Shown here in pieces: positions 39,035-48,134 of a stretch of DNA of 64,000 nt. Below the pieces are notes generated by a model that was not told the DNA's origin, did no database searches, and saw only the letters and a list, made by a program, of their open reading frames with translations. Both the position numbers and the translations under genes were made by a program. Positions within the stretch are counted from its first letter, which is position 1. The number at the start of each line of letters is the position of its first letter. The stretch is from a virus: IMG/VR virus record IMGVR_UViG_3300045988_122545, positions 31,662-95,661 of that record. One strand, given 5' to 3'.

Positions 39035-39789
39035 TCTACGAACTATCCTAGAACAATGATTAATTCTACGTTCTAAAAGTAAGTGATTCTTATCATATGA
39101 GTGCGGTTTAGCGACCTAGAAAATATTCCGGAATCACTTATTTAAGATGAATTGACATCAACTATCCGTACTTTTATGTCAGTATAGTGGATAAAATTTA
39201 TGCCAGACCAATGCTTTAAAGGTCATGTTAGAGCATCTCGTATCTTTGTATCAATGATGTAAGGCGTTATAGAATGATTGCCTTTCTAACTAGTCTCGTA
39301 GACGAAAAACCTTTAAACAATCAATGTAATCAATGAATGCTTTATGCTTATAGTTCAATTGAGTCCCAATAATGGTGAGCACTTGCTATACATTGATAGT
39401 TATCAAGGCACTTCTTTTATAATTCTAAAGTAATGAAAGTGCTTTTATGCCAAATAATTAAAGTTTTAATAATAAAAGTGAACCGTAAATCGAATATTAT
39501 TTAAATATATCGTAAGACCGTTGTATCCAAAAAATATTATTATTATTTTAGTTATTGTAATATTATTATAAAACTTTATATAAAATTAAAGTTAGTTTAT
39601 ATACCGTAGGAATACGAATTGATAATATTATACATTACTTTAGAATTTCTATTTATTTAAATAGTTATGCCATGATTCGTTCTGGTAGATATAGATTAAT
39701 AAGGGATGTTGCTGAACGTAGTACCAACTAAACTTATCATAACTATTTTTAAGTATAGTATCTTTGATCGGATACTATACTACTATATG

Positions 39790-39844
39790 ACTGTTAGGTC
39801 ATTATACAGTTGTTAAGACGAGGGTTCGACTCCCTCTAGCTCCA
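39790..39844 (+). other. Orphan tRNA 3' module (anticodon-like arm + T arm + 3' acceptor strand) with no matching 5' acceptor strand
   Basis: ACTGT-(11-nt loop)-ACAGT, then GAGGG-TTCGACT-CCCTC-TAGCTCC-A. No GGAGCTA-type partner within about 800 nt upstream. Preceded by a 10-bp hairpin at 39753..39780. Confidence 0.35.
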
Positions 39845-40033
39845 CATTTTGATAACGTTATGCGGTAATTTACCTAAAAAGTAGCAAGCAAAAAACTAAT
39901 GGACCTGTATAAAAACGTTGCCACAATGCTAGTTTTTACAACTTATTTGGTTTTATCTTCAACGTGGATTCTGTATAACAGGTGCTAATACTCAAACTAT
40001 AGAGTAATACTTTGTGAGAGTATTAGCAGTAAT

Positions 40034-40159
40034 GGGATATTAGTTTAACGGTAGAACAAAGCGTTTCGAAAGAATCGATGATTATGAATAACATTAAATT
40101 CAGCAAGAACGAAGTTATTATAATCCGCTTGAGCATGGGTTCGATTCCCATATATTCCA
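40034..40159 (+). tRNA. tRNA-Arg(UCG)-like gene carrying a ~55-nt insertion in the anticodon arm
   Basis: Acceptor GGGATAT/ATATTCC. D arm GTTT-AACGGTA-GAAC. Anticodon stem AAGCG (40059-63) pairs with CGCTT (40126-30). TTTCGAA follows the 5' strand. 40071..40125 is extra and folds as a 12-13-bp helix. T arm ATGGG-TTCGATT-CCCAT. Confidence 0.5.
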
Positions 40160-40457
40160 CGTCCATAATACAATACAGTTGTTATGGTTTTGTAGTGATT
40201 TTAAAATGTTTCACGTTTGCACCATGTAAAAATAAACGTGACTATACTATCCGAACCGAAGGGGACAAAAAATCAGAGTAGTGGTGGAGATGGGCTACTC
40301 AATTGGGGCTATACGGTTTTGATTAGCAATAAGATGTAATGAATAGGTCATATAAATTGTCTAAATGGCAATAAATTTGTAACAGACTATACTCGTATCG
40401 CAGCGTGATATGGGTAAGTGAGGTGTTTCACTACCAAGAAACAGAAAAGTGACTTTG

Positions 40458-40525
40458 AGTAGAATCGACTAATGGATAAGTCGTCTCCAAAGGAGAAAAT
40501 GCGGGTTCGAATCCCGCTACTACTC
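40458..40525 (+). ncRNA. tRNA-like gene (68 nt) with a 13-nt anticodon arm
   Basis: Acceptor AGTAGAA/TACTACT (1 mismatch). D arm GACT-AATGGATA-AGTC with GG. T arm GCGGG-TTCGAAT-CCCGC. The anticodon region is TCTCC-AAA-GGAGA only. Confidence 0.4.
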
Positions 40526-40550
40526 CAAAATTAACTTAGTTATCATAATT

Positions 40551-40847
40551 ATGAATCGTGGAAGACATAAAATCAAAAAATATCCAAAAAAATGCTATGA
40601 TCTAGAATATTTTAATATATTCAAAAAAGTATTCACTCCAAAAGAAGCAGAACTATTAATCCAAAGAATAAAAGAATATTCTGAACAATACGGATGGTCT
40701 CATCAAAGAGGAATAGTAAATCTAAAAGCATGGGAAAGAGATCCAACATCTAACATTGCAACAATAGGATTTGATTGGGCTGCTTCAAAAGAAAGACATT
40801 CATATTGGGCTCAAAAAATATTTAAATTTATAGAATTAAAATCATGA
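40551..40847 (+). CDS. Hypothetical protein (98 aa)
   Basis: Intact ATG..TGA ORF. Confidence 0.55.
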   Translation: MNRGRHKIKKYPKKCYDLEYFNIFKKVFTPKEAELLIQRIKEYSEQYGWSHQRGIVNLKAWERDPTSNIATIGFDWAASKERHSYWAQKIFKFIELKS

Positions 40848-40850
40848 AAA

Positions 40851-41156
40851 ATGAACGGTCTTAGATTAGCAATCAAAAACAATCTTCCAGAATCATGGGA
40901 GAAAGTATTACGAAAGCATCATATGCTTCAGAAATTTGTTGAATACGCCTACCTTTCATTACCAGATTATATGAAAGGGTCTAGAAAACAGTATGCCACT
41001 GTTCGAAATTGGAAATTAGGACTAAATCGAATGCAACATTTATATAGAAATGCACCGATTTATAATTGTTTCCAAGGACAATATCTTAACATAGACGGTA
41101 TTGATTGGACGCAATTGTGGGAAGAAATCAAACAATACGAAGAAAACTGTAGATAA
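40851..41156 (+). CDS. Hypothetical protein (101 aa)
   Basis: Intact ATG..TAA ORF, 3 nt after the previous stop. Confidence 0.55.
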   Translation: MNGLRLAIKNNLPESWEKVLRKHHMLQKFVEYAYLSLPDYMKGSRKQYATVRNWKLGLNRMQHLYRNAPIYNCFQGQYLNIDGIDWTQLWEEIKQYEENCR

Positions 41157-41157
41157 T

Positions 41158-41346
41158 ATGGAAATAATTCAGTATGTAAAATGGACCAAATCTGGAGAAA
41201 AAGATGAATTTCTTAGATTAGCAAAACAATATCCTGACAACAATGAGTTTATTCCTATTGCTGCAGAACATTTTCAAGTAGACAAAATGGATATTCGTGT
41301 AGCTTTGCTACGATATAAAGAAGAAATCCAAAAAATTCGTAACTAA
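41158..41346 (+). CDS. Hypothetical small protein (62 aa)
   Basis: ATG 41158 (MEIIQYVKW...) is in frame within track ORF 41101..41346, 1 nt after the previous stop. Confidence 0.5.
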   Translation: MEIIQYVKWTKSGEKDEFLRLAKQYPDNNEFIPIAAEHFQVDKMDIRVALLRYKEEIQKIRN

Positions 41347-41359
41347 AAACTATCACAGT

Positions 41360-41830
41360 ATGCAAAAACAAAATTTAACAGCCGGAATGTTTATTGCACG
41401 AGGTCCGGAAGTAAACATCTTAATTCGATTAGTCGGTAAAGAACCAATGCTAGAAGTAAAAAGTGCAATTGATTTGAATAAATTCTATAACGAAGGAAAA
41501 GTTATAGAATTGAAAAGAGATTCAATTGAAATTATTGACATTATGTCATATCCTGAAAAGTACGATTTTGAATCGCCATCAACAACCGCAACAATCTTTA
41601 ACGAAAAAGGAATCGATTGCGATGTAGATCGTGATGAAGAATCTATTACTGAAGAATTTACTGATACTTGCGTAAACAAGTTAAAATCATTCATTAATCT
41701 TACAATGGATACCGAACAAGCCGAAAATAAATTGGTTATCTGGCTTAAGAGAGAACATGCTTATTCGATCACCCAAGGCAGAGCTATCTTGAAAAAAGTA
41801 AAAGAAAAAATGATGCCAAATATAAAGTAA
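41360..41830 (+). CDS. Hypothetical protein (156 aa)
   Basis: Intact ATG..TAA ORF. Confidence 0.55.
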   Translation: MQKQNLTAGMFIARGPEVNILIRLVGKEPMLEVKSAIDLNKFYNEGKVIELKRDSIEIIDIMSYPEKYDFESPSTTATIFNEKGIDCDVDRDEESITEEFTDTCVNKLKSFINLTMDTEQAENKLVIWLKREHAYSITQGRAILKKVKEKMMPNIK

Positions 41831-41833
41831 GAT

Positions 41834-42292
41834 ATGAACAGCTTAATTGATCTTGTTAATGAACTTAACAAACAATTACCAAAAGAATATCAATTTGTTT
41901 TAACCATGATTCATAGTACACCTCCAAAAGAAGATGGAACCTATATACTTGAATTCTTAGGATGGGCAAATGATATTCAGAAAGATTATAAAGTTTATCC
42001 TGTGAATTTATATCATTTGTATAATAGACATATACAAATGAGAAATGTATGTCGCTGGATAAATAATAAACTCTTCACATCAAGTTTAAATCAATTATTA
42101 AATGGCAGAAATCCGTTAAGAACAACAGAATTAGTCAGATTAAGAATTGCAACAAATTTAATCTTTAAACTTGATTTTTTAACAAAAGAAGAGAAAGAAG
42201 AATGGATGCAACATTTACACATTTTGTATTACAATCGTCACAAAGCAATTAGTGATTATTATTTACAACGTATTGCACAATTACCATTCTGA
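41834..42292 (+). CDS. Hypothetical protein (152 aa)
   Basis: Intact ATG..TGA ORF. Confidence 0.55.
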   Translation: MNSLIDLVNELNKQLPKEYQFVLTMIHSTPPKEDGTYILEFLGWANDIQKDYKVYPVNLYHLYNRHIQMRNVCRWINNKLFTSSLNQLLNGRNPLRTTELVRLRIATNLIFKLDFLTKEEKEEWMQHLHILYYNRHKAISDYYLQRIAQLPF

Positions 42293-42297
42293 TTAGG

Positions 42298-42323
42298 TCT
42301 ACGGTCATTGGGTTGACCGTAGA
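42298..42323 (+). promoter_or_regulatory. 9-bp hairpin with G-rich loop ATTGGGTT immediately upstream of the sigma-factor gene
   Basis: TCTACGGTC-ATTGGGTT-GACCGTAGA with no U-run. The loop resembles the GGTTGGGT loops at 48184..48263. Confidence 0.4.
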
Positions 42324-42341
42324 TCACTAAAATAAAAGCCT

Positions 42342-42893
42342 ATGGATGCAGCAATAATTAAATTAGTAGACCAGGCAAAAGAAGGCAATAACACAGCCTT
42401 CACTAAGCTTTATAACAAATATAAACAAAATATTTGGTATACGATATTAAATATCGTAAAAAATACCGATATTGCAGATGATTTATTATCTGTTGTATTT
42501 ACTAAAGCTTATGTTAAGTTGCAATCGTATATAAATCATATTTCATTTGAAATGTGGCTAAAAACCATAGCTGTTAATACAGCAATTGATTATATACGTA
42601 AATATAAAAATGAGCAATTAAATAATTATATGGATGATGAGGATTGCAAAATGCAACTAGAGGGGTTAGAAAAGAGTCCTGAAGAAAAAATGATATTACA
42701 GGAAAAGATTAAAATCGTAAACAAAGTAATCCCAACCCTCAAAAAGAAGTATAGAGATTTAATTGAAGCTCGTATTTCAGGCATGACTTATAAAGAAATG
42801 GCTGAAAAATTCAATCTTACGGAGTTATCTGTAAAAAGCCTTCTAAACAAGGCTCGCCAGAAGCTCAAAACAAAATTTAACAAAATTGTTTAA
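42342..42893 (+). CDS. ECF-type (group 4) sigma-70 family RNA polymerase sigma factor
   Basis: Region 2: DIADDLLSVVFTKAYVKL...SFEMWLKTIAVNTAIDYIRKYK. Region 4: RDLIEARISGMTYKEMAEKFNLTELSVKSLLNKARQKLK. Confidence 0.8.
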   Translation: MDAAIIKLVDQAKEGNNTAFTKLYNKYKQNIWYTILNIVKNTDIADDLLSVVFTKAYVKLQSYINHISFEMWLKTIAVNTAIDYIRKYKNEQLNNYMDDEDCKMQLEGLEKSPEEKMILQEKIKIVNKVIPTLKKKYRDLIEARISGMTYKEMAEKFNLTELSVKSLLNKARQKLKTKFNKIV

Positions 42894-42911
42894 CTTAAAA
42901 AACCAAAACTA

Positions 42912-43247
42912 ATGCAAAGTGCAATCTTAATTTCAATCGTAGCTGTGATTCTCTTTATTTACGCGCGCATTATGAGAGATCATAGAATCTACAACAGACT
43001 TATTGTCTGTGCAGCACTCGCATTTGTTGTAGGTTCTTGCATTAAGAGTAAATCTCTTCATGCAGAAGTTACTAAGTCTGAGGTAATTACTACTTCTAAT
43101 CCCACATTACACACAGATTCTACTGCATTTGTACCGCAGTCATGTAAGCCAGTAATGAGTCAGGAAAAGGAGAGTGACATAGTAATTCCGAAGACTGAAG
43201 GACTCAAGAACCTTCCAACAGACGTGGAGATTGAGGACGATAGTTGA
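42912..43247 (+). CDS. Membrane protein (111 aa, 2 TM) downstream of the sigma factor; possible anti-sigma or partner
   Basis: Two N-terminal hydrophobic helices. The function is suggested by position only. Confidence 0.5.
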   Translation: MQSAILISIVAVILFIYARIMRDHRIYNRLIVCAALAFVVGSCIKSKSLHAEVTKSEVITTSNPTLHTDSTAFVPQSCKPVMSQEKESDIVIPKTEGLKNLPTDVEIEDDS

Positions 43248-43327
43248 AGAGATTAATCTTTTGTTTATATCGCCCTTTATTTATTAACCAATTAACCAAG
43301 TAATTAACATTTAAAACCATTATCAAA

Positions 43328-44704
43328 ATGAGTAAGAAAACAAAAAGCGCAGCTACATTAGCTGACAAGAAAAAGAACAATAAAACAGTTAAAGAAACAA
43401 CAGCAACAACAGTAGAAAATCCAACTCCAGCTCCAGCTCAGGCTCCAGAACCAAAACCTGAAGAAAAACCAGCTAACAAACTTGCAGAAAAGCAGACTAA
43501 GAAGAAACCTGAAAAGGAATCTGAAAAGGAAGTAGAAACTATTATTCCAGAAGTAATTGCTCCAAAACCTTCTGAAAAGAAGAATTCAGCTACACAGCTT
43601 GCAAAAGCATTTAACGTAGCAGCAATGAATGCACTTGCAAACGGTGATCGTATCAGTGCTGATCAAGGTATCACATTGATGAATTTGATTCATCAGCGTT
43701 ATCTTAATAATCCTGATACACCAGCAGATGCTAAAGAATTTATGTCCAAACAGTTTAATGCAATGGCTCTTCGCAACATCATTCTCTGGAATGCTCAGAC
43801 AAAGGAAGAATTAGGCAATGCCGGTTTGAAAGTAAACGAAGAAATGTTCAATGCCATCAACGAAGGACTCGCTTTATACTATGGTATTGAAGCAAAAGCA
43901 CTTCCGTCACCAGATGGTGATGGTCAGCTTCAGTTACAGTTTGAAGCTCCGCAAGAAGTAGAAAAACAAGCAAAAGAAAGTAAAGAAGCTGAAAAGCAGG
44001 AAATCTCTATAGAATACAAAGAAGGAATGTCTGAAGAAGAAATCCAGAATGCATTGGCAAAGATTCTTAATCAATCCGGTGCAGGAATGGATAATAATTT
44101 AAAGAATGCAATTGCTTTTGCAAAGAAAGCATATTCTTTAACAACAGATGATCCGTCTGAAGTAGTTGCTGCGATTATTCAGAAATTGCCAAAAGGACAA
44201 CTTCTGTTGGAAGGATTTGGTCGTATGATTTACGGCTCATATACCACAAATGATGGTCCGTTTACAGCACATGCAATTCTTAAAAGTCGCTTGAAATCGC
44301 TAAATTATTCGGACAATCAGCTCGCGAAACTCGTGCAGTTATTCTTTGTACTTGGTGCAAGAGTAAACTACGAGAAAGTAAAATCTGAAACAGCATCGTT
44401 CGCAGATTATGTAGAACCTTGGAACTTGTTGACCAAAGCACTCAATGATCAGATCATCATTGATATCATTGGTACACAGAAGAATCCTACAAGTTTTGTA
44501 GAGGTTCCGAAGATTACCGGATTGTCTACTGGTAAATTCAACTGTCCAAAGATTTTGCATCAATTGAAAGATGCATATGGTACAAACCTCAATGATTCAC
44601 AACTGAAAAAACAGATGCAAATCATTCTATCTTTGTATCAGAAAGAAGAGATGAATCCGATGGCAGATTATATCGAAAAGTCAATCTATGCCACAAGTAA
44701 ATAA
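43328..44704 (+). CDS. Hypothetical abundant early protein (458 aa) with K/E/P-rich disordered N-terminus
   Basis: Intact ORF with GC-richer, biased codon usage. Confidence 0.6.
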   Translation: MSKKTKSAATLADKKKNNKTVKETTATTVENPTPAPAQAPEPKPEEKPANKLAEKQTKKKPEKESEKEVETIIPEVIAPKPSEKKNSATQLAKAFNVAAMNALANGDRISADQGITLMNLIHQRYLNNPDTPADAKEFMSKQFNAMALRNIILWNAQTKEELGNAGLKVNEEMFNAINEGLALYYGIEAKALPSPDGDGQLQLQFEAPQEVEKQAKESKEAEKQEISIEYKEGMSEEEIQNALAKILNQSGAGMDNNLKNAIAFAKKAYSLTTDDPSEVVAAIIQKLPKGQLLLEGFGRMIYGSYTTNDGPFTAHAILKSRLKSLNYSDNQLAKLVQLFFVLGARVNYEKVKSETASFADYVEPWNLLTKALNDQIIIDIIGTQKNPTSFVEVPKITGLSTGKFNCPKILHQLKDAYGTNLNDSQLKKQMQIILSLYQKEEMNPMADYIEKSIYATSK

Positions 44705-44729
44705 CTTTTAAAAAGGAGGAATTATAAAA

Positions 44730-45104
44730 ATGAAACGTATTAACGGAATCATCACGATTCTGACAATTGCAATCAGCGGCTATATTGGGTATTCTACAAA
44801 TTTTGTAAATACTGCAACAGCAACCGCAGTTCCGGTAGAAAGTAAGATTATCTTACCAGAACTACCGAAAACAGGCTTTAATTTGAATATTGATATGAAT
44901 ACTGGAAAAGTAGTTGCAAATGCTTCCCAAAATATTCGTGTAGATATTCAGAAAAAAGACTCTATCGTTACTCGATGGAAAACTAAAATCGTAGAAAAAC
45001 CAATTTATATTCGAGTAAGAGAACTTCCTCGGCTTAAAAGAGAAAGAACAATTGTAAGTTCTTTTGTAAACACCGAAGAACTTTATAACTTACATTGTAA
45101 GTAA
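44730..45104 (+). CDS. Signal-anchored protein (124 aa)
   Basis: AGGAGG lies 10 nt upstream of the ATG. N-terminal hydrophobic helix. Confidence 0.55.
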   Translation: MKRINGIITILTIAISGYIGYSTNFVNTATATAVPVESKIILPELPKTGFNLNIDMNTGKVVANASQNIRVDIQKKDSIVTRWKTKIVEKPIYIRVRELPRLKRERTIVSSFVNTEELYNLHCK

Positions 45105-47052
45105 GCAAAATAAAATTCGTGCTAGCGTATCTAGTAAACTCGCCAAGATATCTAAATCTTAATGAGTAGTGATTAAATGTAGGAGATTTATCACAAACAG
45201 TACAGGATATTGAGTAAATATAGTCGGTTTATCTGTCTAATAAATCGCATCGAGAAGTAATAACATCTCAATCTAATGGCTACCACCATTGGTTATATTG
45301 AAAAATATGATAACTCTATATGTCGAATTTACTGTTTAAGACTGAAAAGTTATAGAGAAAATGGGAGAGCGTTTCACAACCCATAAGTGAGAACCGAACT
45401 GGTGACTAAAAGACGCAATTAGAGAATCAGCAGATTCAATAATTAAACGATAGAAAAAATCCTGAAATGGCTAGGTATCGTAAACCTAACATCCGCGTAT
45501 CAATCAAGGTATGAATCAAGAAGGGATGTAAACACGAGTTGCAAACTCGAAAAAGGTTCGAGTATAAAGAACTATTAAGACTTCCAACCTCTTAATACTT
45601 TTATAGTAGGATTGATTAACATCCTAGGTGGGCTCCAAACCTTCCTTGCGGTTTGTAAACGCTAAAATAATACCAAACATAGTGTTCTATACGTCAACCT
45701 CTGGAAGTTGGCTCAGAAGAGTTTAAAAACGTATATATGAAGGTGTTTGTTTTATTTATATAGCATTATTGATTGCAGTGAGTTAGTAAATTACGTATTC
45801 ATGGAATTGTAGATAAAACGTTCGTTGTAAGAATGAAATATTAGCGTAATGTCATATTAACCAGTATATGACTAATCTGAACAAGTAAGTTGCAAGACTT
45901 AATCCTCCGTTGAAGGGAGATGTGTGAATTCAAGTATAAATAAAACGAAAGTGGTCGATGTCATTATATCACTATAATTTCTAACGTGCTTTGCACTAGA
46001 TTATGACAATGACTTTGCGGATGAAGAGCGCAATAACTCTATTTCGGTATATAGATGATTTTGGTATAAATCTATATTGTAAATAAGTTAACCTGGACTA
46101 GAACTGGATGACAAATTCTAGACAAGGTGGGACAGCAATCCTTATCGCTGTATCTGAAAACAATCGATACACATTCCAGTGTATACGAAAGGGCTTAGAT
46201 TAGTACCGGAGAACATTGTTCCTTATTTAGGTAGCATAAGTAATAGATGTTATTACTTTTGAAAGTAAATCCTAGATAACAGGTATAATTAATTATATGT
46301 TTAATCTTTTAAAAAATGTGGAAGTCCAATGGAATGTATTTAAGAAGTAAGCATTTAGCTAAAACTAATACTCTCCACCCACGACTGTATAAAATAATTT
46401 GCAGTAAAACGAAAGTCATGAGCAGCAACTCATGTTAGTAGGTTCGCTGATTCCTTCATTAAGGATGATAGGTGGAAATCCTAGGATTATATGCAGGATA
46501 AGAACAAAATCGTAAGTACACGTAGGATACACAAAGGACCCTTAAAGCAGAGTGGGTGTTTTGAAACATAAACAGCTCTTGCATAGTTTTTGGTAACGTT
46601 TTTCAACAAAAACGACCGGTGAAACTACGACATAGTCTAAAGCTGGTTAACAGCTATACCAACAACAAGCACGTCGAAATTTGATTCTGTTAGGCTTGTA
46701 AAATAATCAGAGTCCCGTACTCCTTACGTTAACAGGAAAATCGCTTTAATACATATTTCATTATGGGTATATATCTCCTACCGTTGGAGTCCCGTTATAT
46801 TATTTTAATAGTATAACTAATTTAATATGTTTAAAGTAAAACATATATTACCAGATAATATCATCAAAAATAACAGATTTATATATCAGTTTTTATATTG
46901 GTGAGAACTCAAAATGTTATTGAATTAACTAATCCTTTTTAAGTTTTTTAAAACGATAAGATATTAGACGCTTATGGATTACGAGAAAAAGAGTTCTCAA
47001 GAACTTTAGAGTTTATTAAAATCATTTTACTAATTTAAAAATCAAGAAAACT
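45105..47052 (+). ncRNA. 1.95-kb ORF-free, hairpin-dense tract: candidate large structured non-coding RNA(s); strand unknown
   Basis: Stops in all six frames (no ORF of 60 aa or more). Visibly GC-richer than flanking genes. Many 5-9-bp hairpins, several with GGG-containing loops. Confidence 0.35.
46037..46094 (+). repeat. Conserved ~60-nt non-coding element, copy 2 (partner at 35119..35179)
   Basis: See copy 1. This copy contains the hairpin TATAGAT-(13 nt)-ATCTATA. Confidence 0.5.
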
Positions 47053-47616
47053 ATGGATAAAAATAATTTTGGTTTGGCTAAATTTACCGAACAAGAAACA
47101 CGGAATTACGCACCTATGATGCGGGCATATAATGGAGTAATTGGTATGAAGATTTGTTGCATCAAATCTGACAATATCGATTTGAAATATAAAGAAAAGA
47201 AGAATGCAAATACTATTGCATCTTTGTGTACTAACATTCCAGTCAAAAAGTATTTCGTAGAATCATTTACTGTATTGAGTATTGCTCTCGATAAAGCAGC
47301 AAATGGTAGTCCGGTAATCAACTTCAATGGTCAATCCGAACTTACATTTCCACTGTCTCCAGATACAACAGACAGTCTTTTGAACGCAACTCGGGCTTCT
47401 ATTAATGATGCAATTACCGAGTTCGAAGCAACTGGTAAAGTTAAATTCTTTACTGATATCGCTCTGTGTACTCAGGTAGCACAGGAGTTGAACGACATGA
47501 ACGCCGATGCAATTGATAAGTTCGTAGAAAGTCTGATGAATCAGGCAAGCTCATTACGGACTCTTAACAAGACCATGGGCTCAGAATTAGATGAATATAC
47601 TAAGTCTCTTGAATAA
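47053..47616 (+). CDS. Hypothetical protein (187 aa), probably highly expressed
   Basis: Intact ORF with GC-richer codon usage. Confidence 0.6.
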   Translation: MDKNNFGLAKFTEQETRNYAPMMRAYNGVIGMKICCIKSDNIDLKYKEKKNANTIASLCTNIPVKKYFVESFTVLSIALDKAANGSPVINFNGQSELTFPLSPDTTDSLLNATRASINDAITEFEATGKVKFFTDIALCTQVAQELNDMNADAIDKFVESLMNQASSLRTLNKTMGSELDEYTKSLE

Positions 47617-47627
47617 TCTTTGTAATT

Positions 47628-48134
47628 ATGGACGCAATACATATTGAAAAACTGCGTCTTTTAATAAACGATCCTATCGTACGTGAACAGCTGACAGTGG
47701 ATGGAGTTACAGCTGGTAAAGTACGTATAGAAGAAAATGGAGATATCGTATTAGGAAGAAGTTCTAATGGTTGGGTGAACTTTCTTTTTAATTCGAATTA
47801 TCGAATCAGTTTCTTTGAATTGTCTATAAAGATTGCAAAGATTTATATTGGCACAATTAATAATGAGGGTTTGGTTGGGTTCCTTAAAGAATTGTGCGAA
47901 AATAAAATTAAAAGAGATAATCGAGAAGAAATCGTAGATTTACTTCTCATGTATGCAATGTTATTCGTCAAAAATAGTATTCTTAAATCACAATATATTA
48001 AGGATAATGATTTAGACGAATATCCAAAGGACCCACGCTTACGGCGTTTTAAATTAGGCGGTAAAGCAACCGCATTTGTAAAATTAGGAGGACAAGATTT
48101 TCCTATATCTTTTGATATTATAGAAGATGCTTAA
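47628..48134 (+). CDS. Hypothetical protein (168 aa)
   Basis: Intact ATG..TAA ORF. Its 3' half carries two GGTTGGGT octamers. Confidence 0.55.
   Translation: MDAIHIEKLRLLINDPIVREQLTVDGVTAGKVRIEENGDIVLGRSSNGWVNFLFNSNYRISFFELSIKIAKIYIGTINNEGLVGFLKELCENKIKRDNREEIVDLLLMYAMLFVKNSILKSQYIKDNDLDEYPKDPRLRRFKLGGKATAFVKLGGQDFPISFDIIEDA

Noticed and set aside
38645-39059. ORFs 38645..38896 (-), 38718..38939 (-) and 38874..39059 (+)
   Set aside because: They are shadows of the strongly codon-biased gene 38567..39034.
40078-40281. 67-aa ORF overlapping the insertion-bearing tRNA-like gene
   Set aside because: It reads straight through the T arm and acceptor stem of a tRNA-shaped gene, so the RNA explanation is stronger.
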